Assembly: GCA_027023255.1 (NCBI GenBank)
Contig: JALVVU010000007.1
Coordinates: 6,888-70,887, forward strand
Reading direction: 5' to 3'
Source of the DNA: Desulfurococcales archaeon
GTDB taxonomy: Archaea > Thermoproteota > Thermoprotei_A > Sulfolobales > NBVN01
Length of the DNA stretch: 64,000 nt
Position 1 is the stretch's first letter. Every line of letters begins with the position of its first letter. The notes under the pieces are model-generated. The model searched no databases. It had not been told where the DNA came from and was given only the letters and a program-made list of their open reading frames with translations. The translations under genes were made by a program, and so were the position numbers. Below are positions 53,094 to 61,819 of the stretch, one piece after another.

Positions 53094-54464
53094 TTAGGGC
53101 TTCCTAAGACCACGCTGAAACCTTTCAAACAACTTGACATCGTCAACATATTTCTCAATCCCCTTAGCAGAGTTCAGCAAGACGTAAATCTCCCAGGAAC
53201 GCAGGGATGGGCAAACATAGCACCCGGTCCTGTAGAATCCTTCCCAGTAAAGCGGGTTTTCAGGTAGGCCTATTAACTGATTGAAGACCTGGACAGATAT
53301 TGTGGACCAATGCTTAATCGGGTATAGGTACGTGAACCGGCCCTCGCGCCTAGCGTAGGGAGCGTGTGACCTCCCTCTGGATTCAACTTCCCTATCACCT
53401 ACAACCACGGTGACGGTACCGTGTAGTCCCTCAAGGAACTCCTTAAGGGCTTTCTGCTTTAACTTCGTGCACCATCGATTATCGTGAGTTGGGAAAGGTT
53501 CCCGACCTTCACGCAGGAAAGTGCCTACAGGGGCTTCCACAGTAACTAAACGTACACTTAGTTCCTTAGCAAGTTTCTCCGCAACTTCCCTATTGCTTAT
53601 GAAGTCCACCCCCGTATCAACATATACTGCCGTGACGTTCTTACTGCCGAACGCACTAACAGCCAGGGCTAACGATGCTGCACTGTCCTTTCCTCCCGAT
53701 ACAGGCACCACTACGTTATCCGGGTCTCCGCTCAGGCTCCGTAAGTACCTTACTGATATCTCCTTCATGACCTCCATAACTTCCTTATTGCCCTCAGCAA
53801 CCTTCGTAAGGTCAACTCCCTCGAGACGATCTACTTCAGCCTTACGTTCTTCCAATACAGTTACAGGTTGGTCAAGGTCATCACTGAACCTTATTCTGAA
53901 AGCAGGCTCCTCCTTAACAAATACTATGTGTTCTCCCGCCCACCTCCTGACTAGCAGTAATGAACCACGTACCTCCTTACCTAGTACCTTAGACAGCTTC
54001 CTTACGCCATCCCCGTAGATTAGGAAAGGATCACTAACCTCGTCCTTAGGATATGGTAGGTCACAGCATCCTTCACATTTCCCTATCCTGTAGACCCGGT
54101 GTCTTGGATCCCAGGTCACCCTACTCCGGATTATTGATTTCCCCGTATTGACGGCGCTGATTATTTCATGTTGCCGTGCGTTCCTTACCTTTCTCTTGTT
54201 CATTACCACGACCGTTGCTAGCGGGGACATGTATGGGCACGTGATGTCCCCCGCAATATCCTCCCTGCCTAGCAGAGCGACTATGTATGCGTTTCTCTTG
54301 CTTAGTTCCTCACATAATGCTTCAAGTAACCTGCTTCCGCGAAGGCCTCCTAAACTGATTATTTCGTAGCCTTCCGCCCCGTAAAACTTAGCTAGTGCGT
54401 GTTTGACTGCTGACGCATCACTTCGGGAGCGCACGATTATCTTGAGCATTAATGCATCACACAC
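53094..54464 (-). CDS. PP-loop ATP pyrophosphatase of the PAPS-reductase-like family with ~240-aa uncharacterised N-terminal extension
   Basis: VVPVSGGKDSAAS (PP-loop), NRWCTKLK, GDREVESRGRS, and C-terminal GCYVCP. The N-terminal region contains CEGCC. Confidence 0.75.
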   Translation of the reverse strand: MCDALMLKIIVRSRSDASAVKHALAKFYGAEGYEIISLGGLRGSRLLEALCEELSKRNAYIVALLGREDIAGDITCPYMSPLATVVVMNKRKVRNARQHEIISAVNTGKSIIRSRVTWDPRHRVYRIGKCEGCCDLPYPKDEVSDPFLIYGDGVRKLSKVLGKEVRGSLLLVRRWAGEHIVFVKEEPAFRIRFSDDLDQPVTVLEERKAEVDRLEGVDLTKVAEGNKEVMEVMKEISVRYLRSLSGDPDNVVVPVSGGKDSAASLALAVSAFGSKNVTAVYVDTGVDFISNREVAEKLAKELSVRLVTVEAPVGTFLREGREPFPTHDNRWCTKLKQKALKEFLEGLHGTVTVVVGDREVESRGRSHAPYARREGRFTYLYPIKHWSTISVQVFNQLIGLPENPLYWEGFYRTGCYVCPSLRSWEIYVLLNSAKGIEKYVDDVKLFERFQRGLRKP

Positions 54465-55296
54465 CCTTCCCCAACGTTATCGCTACAGCCTCAGCAACCC
54501 TCCTCAGTGATTTAGGTAGTGATGGACCATAATGCGATAACGTGTTGTGCTCCAGCAACACCACCCTGTTCCTGCGTACGGCGTTGATGTGCGTTAATCC
54601 TGCAGCCTCAAACCTCTTGAGAACTAACCTCAGGTCCGGTTTCACCTCACTACCCGACTCAACGATTATTACATCCGGATCCCTTTCCGCTACTAAGTCA
54701 TAGTTAGGGGTTACGTAGGAGCTTTTGATGTCATGCATTATGTTTTCTAAGTTAATGAAGCGTAATGCATGATCCACGAACGTATGTGCCCCTATAGTTA
54801 CGGGTCCACCGAGATCAACCTCGTAGTACGCCCGCATCTTAGCCCAGGGTGTTTTAATGCTATGTAGTTCCTCATTTATCTTCTCGGCTAGCTCCCTCCC
54901 TTCATCAACCCTCCCGACAACCATGCTGGTAGTTATGACTAAGTCAATCACACCATACACGCTTACCGGTAGCGGTATTGGGAAATACCTCACCTTAGCG
55001 GCCTCTAGCGATGAGTATATGGTGCGTTGCGCACCAGTAGTTACGAGTACGAGATCCGGGTCGAGAAGCTTAAGGAGTTTAAGGTTAACGTCTAGGTAAG
55101 CGCCAACTTTCGGTTTACTCCTTGCCTCAGGTGGCTTACTACAGTACCTGCTGACGCCGACGACACTATCTCCCAGGCCAATCATGAAGAGCGTCTCCGT
55201 TATTGCTGGGGCTAACGACACTATTTTCTTGGGCTCATCAGGGACGGTTACCCAGCGTGAGAGGACTTCGCTGTACACCCGCATCCGCACACCCAC
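54457..55296 (-). CDS. BtuF/FhuD-like (periplasmic-binding-protein fold) protein lacking any signal peptide or anchor
   Basis: KKIVSLAPAITETLFMIGLGDSVVGVSRYC and DPDLVLVTTG parallel the binding domain of the gene at 1..1041, but the protein starts only ~22 aa before that core. It overlaps the downstream PP-loop gene by 8 nt. Confidence 0.65.
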   Translation of the reverse strand: MGVRMRVYSEVLSRWVTVPDEPKKIVSLAPAITETLFMIGLGDSVVGVSRYCSKPPEARSKPKVGAYLDVNLKLLKLLDPDLVLVTTGAQRTIYSSLEAAKVRYFPIPLPVSVYGVIDLVITTSMVVGRVDEGRELAEKINEELHSIKTPWAKMRAYYEVDLGGPVTIGAHTFVDHALRFINLENIMHDIKSSYVTPNYDLVAERDPDVIIVESGSEVKPDLRLVLKRFEAAGLTHINAVRRNRVVLLEHNTLSHYGPSLPKSLRRVAEAVAITLGKGV

Positions 55297-55354
55297 CTCG
55301 GACTTGACTGAGTTAATTCAGTTATAACCCTAAAAATGATAGTAATCTTGCGTG

Positions 55355-55412
55355 GTTGATGATGAGAGCGCTCTTCGATGATTCGATGATTAGAAGTCCC
55401 ATTGCTGATTTC
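55355..55412 (+). ncRNA. Candidate C/D-box sRNA (tentative)
   Basis: In an intergenic gap: ATGATGA (55359-55365, C box), 12 nt, ATGA (55378-55381, D'-like), TTC, CGATGA (55384-55389, C'-like), 15 nt, CTGA (55405-55408, D box). The spacing is imperfect and no terminal stem is visible. Confidence 0.3.
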
Positions 55413-55450
55413 TTTACGACATGCTTTAGTCTATTGAGAGAAGCGATGCT

Positions 55451-56830
55451 TTAAGGTTCCTGCCCTTTCTTGACAAACTTGTATCTCTCGTAGAGTAGCT
55501 CCACGCGCCCGTCTTTTATCTCGAATATTACTGGCACTTTGGAACCGTAGTACCCTATAGTGTAGAATTCTGCGTAGTCCTCACTTACCTTGACTGGTAC
55601 TAGCGGCGATGGCACGCCCTCAAACTCGCTTATCTCCTCCACTGCTAGGAAGTTACCTAGCCTGAATACCTTAACCCTCATCGTGCCTTTGAACGCTTCG
55701 TACACGCCAATTAGTTTCGAGTATGTCTCTTCTTCCTGTATGAACGGTAATTTCTTGGGGTCTCTTCCCGTGAGGTGCATGAGTGCGTACATACCTATCT
55801 TTGAGGGTGGGTACCCGGAAGCGTTGGATAGCACTGCAACGCCTACTCTCTTACTGGGTATGAAGCCTATGTACGCGGTGTATACTAGCACGGAGCCACC
55901 GTGCCCTATTAGTGTTCCGCCTGGGAAGTTGGGGTGTATCATTAAACCATATCCGTACGCGTCTCCTCCGAATATCTCGAAGTTTAACTTGATGTATGGC
56001 TTCCACATAAGCTCTAAGAGTTCCTTTGATACGATTTCCTTACCTTCAAATACTCCATCATTTAGGTACATCTTAATGTAGTTCGCTAGATCCAGCACGT
56101 TGCTCAGAAGCCCACCGTCAGCCTCTATTCCATATGGGAAACGACTGGGTCTTAGCTCGCCGTCCTTCATTATTATGTAGGGCGTAGCCACGTCTGGATC
56201 GCTTGCTACGCGCTCCTTAGTGAAGTATGACCTCGCCATCTTAAGGTGCTTCAGGATATTCTCCCTCACGTACTCCCGGTAAGGCATGCCTGTTACCGAC
56301 TCGATGATCTTGCCTAGGAGCACATACCCCTCATTGAGGTAGAAGAACCTGCTTCCCGGCTTAGCGACAGCCCACTTACTCGCTCCCTCCATGAAAGGTA
56401 TTATGTCCTCTGGCTTAGCTATGGGCAACCACTCACGCTTCGAGCCCAGTAACCCGCTTATTAATGCTTCCGCATACCCGAGCGCCGGTATGCCGGACGA
56501 GTGCGTTAGTAAATGATGGATGGTTACCTTACTTTCATGATGGTCTATATCCACATCAACGTAGTTAGTTACGGGATCATCCAGCGAGACCTTACCCTCG
56601 CTGACTAGTTGAAGTATTGCTAGGGCTGTGAAGGACTTCGTTATTGAGCCTATGCCGTAGATTGTTCTGGGGGTGGCTGGCTTCGTTGCCTCCACGTCCC
56701 TAAAGCCGAATCCCTTAGCGTAGATTACTTCATCATCACGTATTAGGGCTATACTTAATCCTGGTGTGCGGGTCTCAGCCATTTTCTTAATTATAAATGA
56801 GTTGAGTGCGCGGAAGGATTCTTGACTCAA
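55451..56830 (-). CDS. Serine beta-lactamase-fold hydrolase (class C beta-lactamase / family VIII esterase / D-aminopeptidase-like)
   Basis: GSITKSF (S-x-x-K), YLNEGY (Y-x-N), IGHGGS. No signal peptide is visible. Confidence 0.85.
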   Translation of the reverse strand: MSQESFRALNSFIIKKMAETRTPGLSIALIRDDEVIYAKGFGFRDVEATKPATPRTIYGIGSITKSFTALAILQLVSEGKVSLDDPVTNYVDVDIDHHESKVTIHHLLTHSSGIPALGYAEALISGLLGSKREWLPIAKPEDIIPFMEGASKWAVAKPGSRFFYLNEGYVLLGKIIESVTGMPYREYVRENILKHLKMARSYFTKERVASDPDVATPYIIMKDGELRPSRFPYGIEADGGLLSNVLDLANYIKMYLNDGVFEGKEIVSKELLELMWKPYIKLNFEIFGGDAYGYGLMIHPNFPGGTLIGHGGSVLVYTAYIGFIPSKRVGVAVLSNASGYPPSKIGMYALMHLTGRDPKKLPFIQEEETYSKLIGVYEAFKGTMRVKVFRLGNFLAVEEISEFEGVPSPLVPVKVSEDYAEFYTIGYYGSKVPVIFEIKDGRVELLYERYKFVKKGQEP

Positions 56831-56886
56831 TTTTGTTGCCCTTTGAATTACTTCTGAATATCTTAGAAAATTCTTCCGCTAATTAC

Positions 56887-57642
56887 TTACACCACGTAAA
56901 CCATCATGCCATCATACGATACGTAAACGTTGTCCCACCGTTCCCTCACGTACTTAACCAACCTACTGAAGGGTAAGTTCCTGTGGGATATATGCGTTAG
57001 GATTATTTCCTCAGCCCCTATTCTCTCGCCTATCTCAACCGCTTCGTCCACGTTATTGTGTTTAGGGTCGTGAGAACCGGGTGCTGTCGTGGCGTCAATT
57101 AGGGCAACCCTGACCCCCTTCTTCTTAAGTAGCTCCTCAGTTTCCTTAGGCAACAGCTTGGTGTCATAGAGAATAGCTATGTTTTCCTTCCTACCCACCT
57201 CAATTAAGTAGCCGAAGGTCTCGATGGTATGGTTAAGGGGGAGGGGCGTAACCTCCATGTCACCTAAGTCAATTTTCTCGAAGGGCTTAACGTACCTAAT
57301 GCGTAAGCTCTTGGGGAAGTGCCTTATCTCAGGGTCAACATCGCCTGAAGGAGCGTACAGGTCTACAGGCTTCTCGATCCACCTGAACTTATAGAGACCT
57401 GCTATGTGGTCGTGATGCCAATGAGTTATCAGAACCGCGTCCAGATACATCTCCTCAACGTACTCGGATGCGTCCAAACTCATGTCAACCATTATCGAAG
57501 TACCGTAACTCGTTACAAAGACCGAGGCAGTACGCCTTTTAGCGAAGTGGTAGATGCGTGCTTCATTGCAAGCAGGACAAACACAACCTGGTACGGGAAC
57601 TCCCTCCGAACCTCCCGTTCCTATAAGGACAGCAACTAGCAT
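56887..57642 (-). CDS. Metallo-beta-lactamase-fold hydrolase (PhnP-like)
   Basis: LITHWHHDHIAG (HxHxDH), N-terminal GTGGSEGVPVPGCVCPAC, and distal H/D ligands. Confidence 0.75.
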   Translation of the reverse strand: MLVAVLIGTGGSEGVPVPGCVCPACNEARIYHFAKRRTASVFVTSYGTSIMVDMSLDASEYVEEMYLDAVLITHWHHDHIAGLYKFRWIEKPVDLYAPSGDVDPEIRHFPKSLRIRYVKPFEKIDLGDMEVTPLPLNHTIETFGYLIEVGRKENIAILYDTKLLPKETEELLKKKGVRVALIDATTAPGSHDPKHNNVDEAVEIGERIGAEEIILTHISHRNLPFSRLVKYVRERWDNVYVSYDGMMVYVV

Positions 57643-57840
57643 ATCCGCCTCACCTTTATAGAGGCCACATCATTTACCCCTCGTCAAGACATATACGTTT
57701 TTCTTTGTAAGAAGTTGAAAGTGTTGAGGGCGTTCCTTTTTAATATCATAAATGGGTGAGTCCTCATAGTTTATTGAAGTGAAACGTACTGCGCCCAAAT
57801 TATTTTAAGATTTGATAAAAACTTTTTAGGAATCGAGCGG

Positions 57841-59592
57841 GTGCTAGTAACGATGTCTAACAAGGGTAAGAACGTATTCGTTAGGTTGATTAAGTGCCTG
57901 CTAAGGAGGTGGCAATTACTGCTGGCATCCACTATTGCCGTTATTACTTACGCTTACACTGTTAGCTTGGGACCCCTGTTACTGAGGTATGCCATAGATT
58001 ATGGTGTTTCTAAAGGTGACCTCAACAATACGGTGAGGTACTCACTGATGATCCTTGGTGTGGTCGTCTTAGGTGGTTTATCTTGGTACGTAACTAGGGA
58101 CATGACTGCCCGCCTTTCTCAAGGACTCGCCCATGACTTAAGGGTTAAGGCTTTCGCCGCCGTGCATAAGCAGTCCATGGAGTTCTTCAATAAGGTTGCG
58201 GCTGGTCAGATAATCTCGAAAATCACTAACGACACGAATAGGTTAGCTAGGGTTCTTTCATGGCAGGTACGGAATGTGGTTAACCTATCATTCACTGCCG
58301 GCATCTCGCTGTACTACATGTTTACGATGAGTCCTAGGCTTTCTTATATTGTTTTGGTCGCGCTGGCTTTGATGGCCGCGGTGAATGCTAAATACACCAC
58401 GACTATTCGACCCATCTACGATACGATCAGGCAACAACTAGGGGTTCTCGCGTCCATAGTTACGAGCAACCTAAACGGAATTAAGACCGTGAAGTCCCTG
58501 ACCCTGGAGGAAACGGAAATAAGTAAGTTTAAAAAGGAGAACAACAAGTTCGCGGACTTAAACCTAAGGGCAGCTAAGGTAAGGGCCATCTACGGTAACG
58601 CGTCGCAGTTAATCCTAGGCATCTCGATGGCGTCTATACTCTACTACGGGGGATATGCAGTCTCCGCTGGCGCGCTGAGCGTCGGTGAGTTAACAGCATT
58701 CATAACGTACTTGTCGCTCCTAATGTGGCCCATGAGGGCCTTCGGCTTCATGCTTAGTGCGACACAGAGAGCGTTAGCCGCAGCTAGCAGAGTTTTTGAG
58801 ATAATAGACATGGGGAAGGCTTCCGAACAACGCAGGGGAAGGGTGAGGCCGGCATCGCTGAGGGGTGAGGTCGTATTTAACTCAGTAACGTTCTCCTACG
58901 TCAAGGGCAAGCCAGCACTTAAGAACGTCAGCTTCAGGGTTAGGCCTGGCGAGAAACTCCTCTTAGCCGGCCCTCCAGGCTCAGGGAAGTCCACGATACT
59001 CAAGCTCATACTCAGGTTCTATGAGCCTGACCACGGTAGTGTACAGATCGATGGCGTAGATGTTAGGGAAATGGATCTGGACCTGCTTAGAAGTATCGTT
59101 GCCTATGTTCCTCAAGAGCCATTCATATTCTCTGGTTCCATAAAGGAGAATATACTTTTCGGGAACCCGGACGCCAGCATGGATGACGTTATTAGGGTGG
59201 CTAAGATCGCTAAGATACATGACTTCATAGAGTCACTGCCTCAAGGCTACGACACGCTGGTGGGTGAGAGGGGCATTACCCTCTCAGGCGGTCAAAGACA
59301 GAGAATAGCTATAGCTAGAGCACTTCTCAAGGATCCGAGGATAATGTTGCTTGATGATCCCGTATCGAACCTAGATCTGGAGACAGAGCGTTACCTAGTT
59401 GAGGATCTCAAAGAGATCTTGAGGGGACGCACAGTAATCATGGTTAGTCAGCGACCGTCCTTAGCGACCCTAGCTGATCGGGTCATAGTTCTCGAGGATG
59501 GGAGGATTGTTGATGAGGGGACTCATGAGGAGCTCTTGAGGAGGAGCACGTCATACCGCAGGCTTTGGATCGCTGAGGAGGGAGGTGGTTAA
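57841..59592 (+). CDS. ABC exporter half-transporter (TMD-NBD), degenerate-site subunit
   Basis: Walker A GPPGSGKST and signature LSGGQRQR. Walker B is MLLDDP (Asp in place of the catalytic Glu) and the H-loop is VSQR (Gln in place of His). The start may be ATG 57853. Confidence 0.9.
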   Translation: MLVTMSNKGKNVFVRLIKCLLRRWQLLLASTIAVITYAYTVSLGPLLLRYAIDYGVSKGDLNNTVRYSLMILGVVVLGGLSWYVTRDMTARLSQGLAHDLRVKAFAAVHKQSMEFFNKVAAGQIISKITNDTNRLARVLSWQVRNVVNLSFTAGISLYYMFTMSPRLSYIVLVALALMAAVNAKYTTTIRPIYDTIRQQLGVLASIVTSNLNGIKTVKSLTLEETEISKFKKENNKFADLNLRAAKVRAIYGNASQLILGISMASILYYGGYAVSAGALSVGELTAFITYLSLLMWPMRAFGFMLSATQRALAAASRVFEIIDMGKASEQRRGRVRPASLRGEVVFNSVTFSYVKGKPALKNVSFRVRPGEKLLLAGPPGSGKSTILKLILRFYEPDHGSVQIDGVDVREMDLDLLRSIVAYVPQEPFIFSGSIKENILFGNPDASMDDVIRVAKIAKIHDFIESLPQGYDTLVGERGITLSGGQRQRIAIARALLKDPRIMLLDDPVSNLDLETERYLVEDLKEILRGRTVIMVSQRPSLATLADRVIVLEDGRIVDEGTHEELLRRSTSYRRLWIAEEGGG

Positions 59593-59594
59593 GC

Positions 59595-61352
59595 ATGTAC
59601 TCTAAAGCGACTCTCTCTAGCGGCATCTCTAGTTGGGTTCTGCTGAAGCGCGTTATCCGAGACTTGCTTAGGTATAGGTTGCATGTGGCGTTGATAGTGA
59701 TCTCCATCTCGGCTTACACGCTCACAGGTTTGGCGGCTCCGTACATCTTAGGAACGATAATTGACAGGAATATCCTTGGGGGAGACTTAGCGGATCTCCC
59801 CTCGTCGGCGGCGCTCTACTTGCTTCTGATGTTGGGGCAGTGGGGGTCAATGACTGTTAATAGCTACGGGATCCAGATGATTGGGCAACTCTACCTAAGA
59901 AACCTTAGGGACACAGTATTTAGGAAGCTCCAGAGGTTATCGATGCGCTTCTACACTAAGCATAGGATAGGTGACCTCATTTCAGCCACGATTAATGATA
60001 CCTCAACACTTAACGACGTGCTCGTGTCCGGCATGTTATCGGTTGCCGGTAGTATGATTTCACTGGTGGGTGTGGTTGCTATGATGCTTTACTTAAGCCC
60101 GACGATGACCGCGGTTGCCCTGGTGAGTTTACCCGTGTTGGTGGTGATTGCTAAGGTGTTCGGAGCCAAGCTCAAGGAGGCTCACCGTAATGCGAGGAAA
60201 AGGGTTGCTGAAGCAACGATGGTTGTTGAGGAGTCAATAGCTGGTATTGAGACTATTAAGGCATTCGGCAGGGAGGCCGAGTTCCTGAGGGTCTTCTCCG
60301 GGATCTCCACAGAGACTTCGAAGGCCTATATCAGGATAGCTAGGCTTATGGGGTTATTCTGGCCTTCCATGGACGCGGCAGTCATGCTTTCAACGATACT
60401 AGTTCTGATTTACGGGGCTTACATGGTGTCCACGGGACTAATGAGCGTGGGTATGGTGGTGGCGTTCATTCAGTACGTAAATAGGTTCGGTCGACCAATA
60501 ACTCAATTCATAAACATGTACGACTCACTACAAGCAGCCGTCGCTGCCGCCGAGAGAATCTACGCTATCGTCGACTCACCCGAAGTTGAGGAAGAAGGCA
60601 AGATTGAGTTACCAAGGATTAGGGGTGAGGTCGAGTTCAGGGACGTTACTTTCGGGTACGATCCTACGAGACCTGTCCTTAAGGACGTAAACATGCGTAT
60701 AGCGCCAGGGGAGACCGTTGCTATAGTGGGTCACACCGGGGCCGGTAAGACGACATTAGTGAACCTACTTATGCGGTTCCACGAACCAAACCATGGCCAG
60801 ATACTCATTGACGGGATTGACCTAAGGGAAATCAAGCTCTCCTGCCTAAGACGCGTAATAAGCTACGTCCCTCAAGAAACGTACCTCTTCCCCGGAACGG
60901 TGCTGGACAACATAAAGCTTGGGAAACCGGACGCCAGCAATGAGGAAGTCATTGACGTCTGCCGTAAGCTAGGCATCGACGAATTCATACAGCGCCTACC
61001 AAAAGGCTACGAAACCGATGCCGGAGAGATGGGAAAGAAGCTTTCCTTGGGCGAAAAGCAACTAATAGCCATAGCAAGGGCGATGCTAAGGAACCCCCAC
61101 ATAGTAGTACTGGACGAAGCACTATCAAGCGTAGATCCCGGCACTGAAGCAATCGTGAGGAGAGCTATAAAGAGGCTCTTGAAAAACAAAACAGGGATAA
61201 TAATAGCACACCGACTAACCACAGCAAAAGAAGCCGACCGAATAATAGTGATGACCGAAGGAAGAATTACCGAGGAAGGAACACATCAAGAATTACTGAA
61301 AAAGAAAGGAACATACTATAGGTTATATACCTCCACGAATCAAAACACTTAA
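59595..61352 (+). CDS. ABC exporter half-transporter (TMD-NBD), consensus-site subunit
   Basis: Walker A GHTGAGKTT, Walker B VVLDEALS, H-loop IAHR, but a degenerate signature LSLGEKQL. It starts 2 nt after the upstream partner's stop. Confidence 0.9.
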   Translation: MYSKATLSSGISSWVLLKRVIRDLLRYRLHVALIVISISAYTLTGLAAPYILGTIIDRNILGGDLADLPSSAALYLLLMLGQWGSMTVNSYGIQMIGQLYLRNLRDTVFRKLQRLSMRFYTKHRIGDLISATINDTSTLNDVLVSGMLSVAGSMISLVGVVAMMLYLSPTMTAVALVSLPVLVVIAKVFGAKLKEAHRNARKRVAEATMVVEESIAGIETIKAFGREAEFLRVFSGISTETSKAYIRIARLMGLFWPSMDAAVMLSTILVLIYGAYMVSTGLMSVGMVVAFIQYVNRFGRPITQFINMYDSLQAAVAAAERIYAIVDSPEVEEEGKIELPRIRGEVEFRDVTFGYDPTRPVLKDVNMRIAPGETVAIVGHTGAGKTTLVNLLMRFHEPNHGQILIDGIDLREIKLSCLRRVISYVPQETYLFPGTVLDNIKLGKPDASNEEVIDVCRKLGIDEFIQRLPKGYETDAGEMGKKLSLGEKQLIAIARAMLRNPHIVVLDEALSSVDPGTEAIVRRAIKRLLKNKTGIIIAHRLTTAKEADRIIVMTEGRITEEGTHQELLKKKGTYYRLYTSTNQNT

Positions 61353-61476
61353 GCTAAACATAACTTCTGAGAGAATTACACAAAACATTCTATCCATGAT
61401 AGCTACCTAACAGTGCCTCATGTTTGCATCAATGAATCGTATCCTGATAAGCTAATGGGAAGAAAATACTAGGAAG

Positions 61477-61564
61477 TGGCGCCGGGGGCGGGATTTGAAC
61501 CCGCGCGGGGGTGTACCCCACCGGCTTAGCAGGCCGGCGCCCTACCGGGCTAGGCGACCCCGGC
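61477..61564 (-). tRNA. tRNA-Ser (anticodon GCU), class II, intron-less, CCA encoded
   Basis: Reverse complement: GCCGGGG-TC-GCCT-AGCCCGGTA-GGGC-G-CCGGC-CT-GCT-AA-GCCGG-TGGGGTACACCCCCGC-GCGGG-TTCAAAT-CCCGC-CCCCGGC-G-CCA (88 nt). Confidence 0.9.
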
Positions 61565-61576
61565 TCCGTAAGGTTC

Positions 61577-61819
61577 TTACTTGAGCGGGGTTATAAGTGT
61601 TGTTAGTGTTTGAGTTATGGTTATTTCGAGTCCCTCGTCTAGGGCTTTTAGTTTTATTGCTTTTTGTGGGCATATTGCTTCGCAGCCGCGACAGTATATG
61701 CAGTTGTTTTCGTTTATTATTAGTTTCTGGTTCACTATCTGGAAAACATTTGTTGGGCAGGTTTCCTCGCATAGGCCGCACAGGTTGCAGTTATTGTTTA
61801 CCTTGACTTCCACTTTCAT
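61577..61819 (-). CDS. 2x[4Fe-4S] dicluster ferredoxin-type protein
   Basis: CNLCGLCEETCP and CIYCRGCEAICP. Its start overlaps the 3' end of the upstream KaiC-like gene by 29 nt. Confidence 0.8.
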   Translation of the reverse strand: MKVEVKVNNNCNLCGLCEETCPTNVFQIVNQKLIINENNCIYCRGCEAICPQKAIKLKALDEGLEITITQTLTTLITPLK

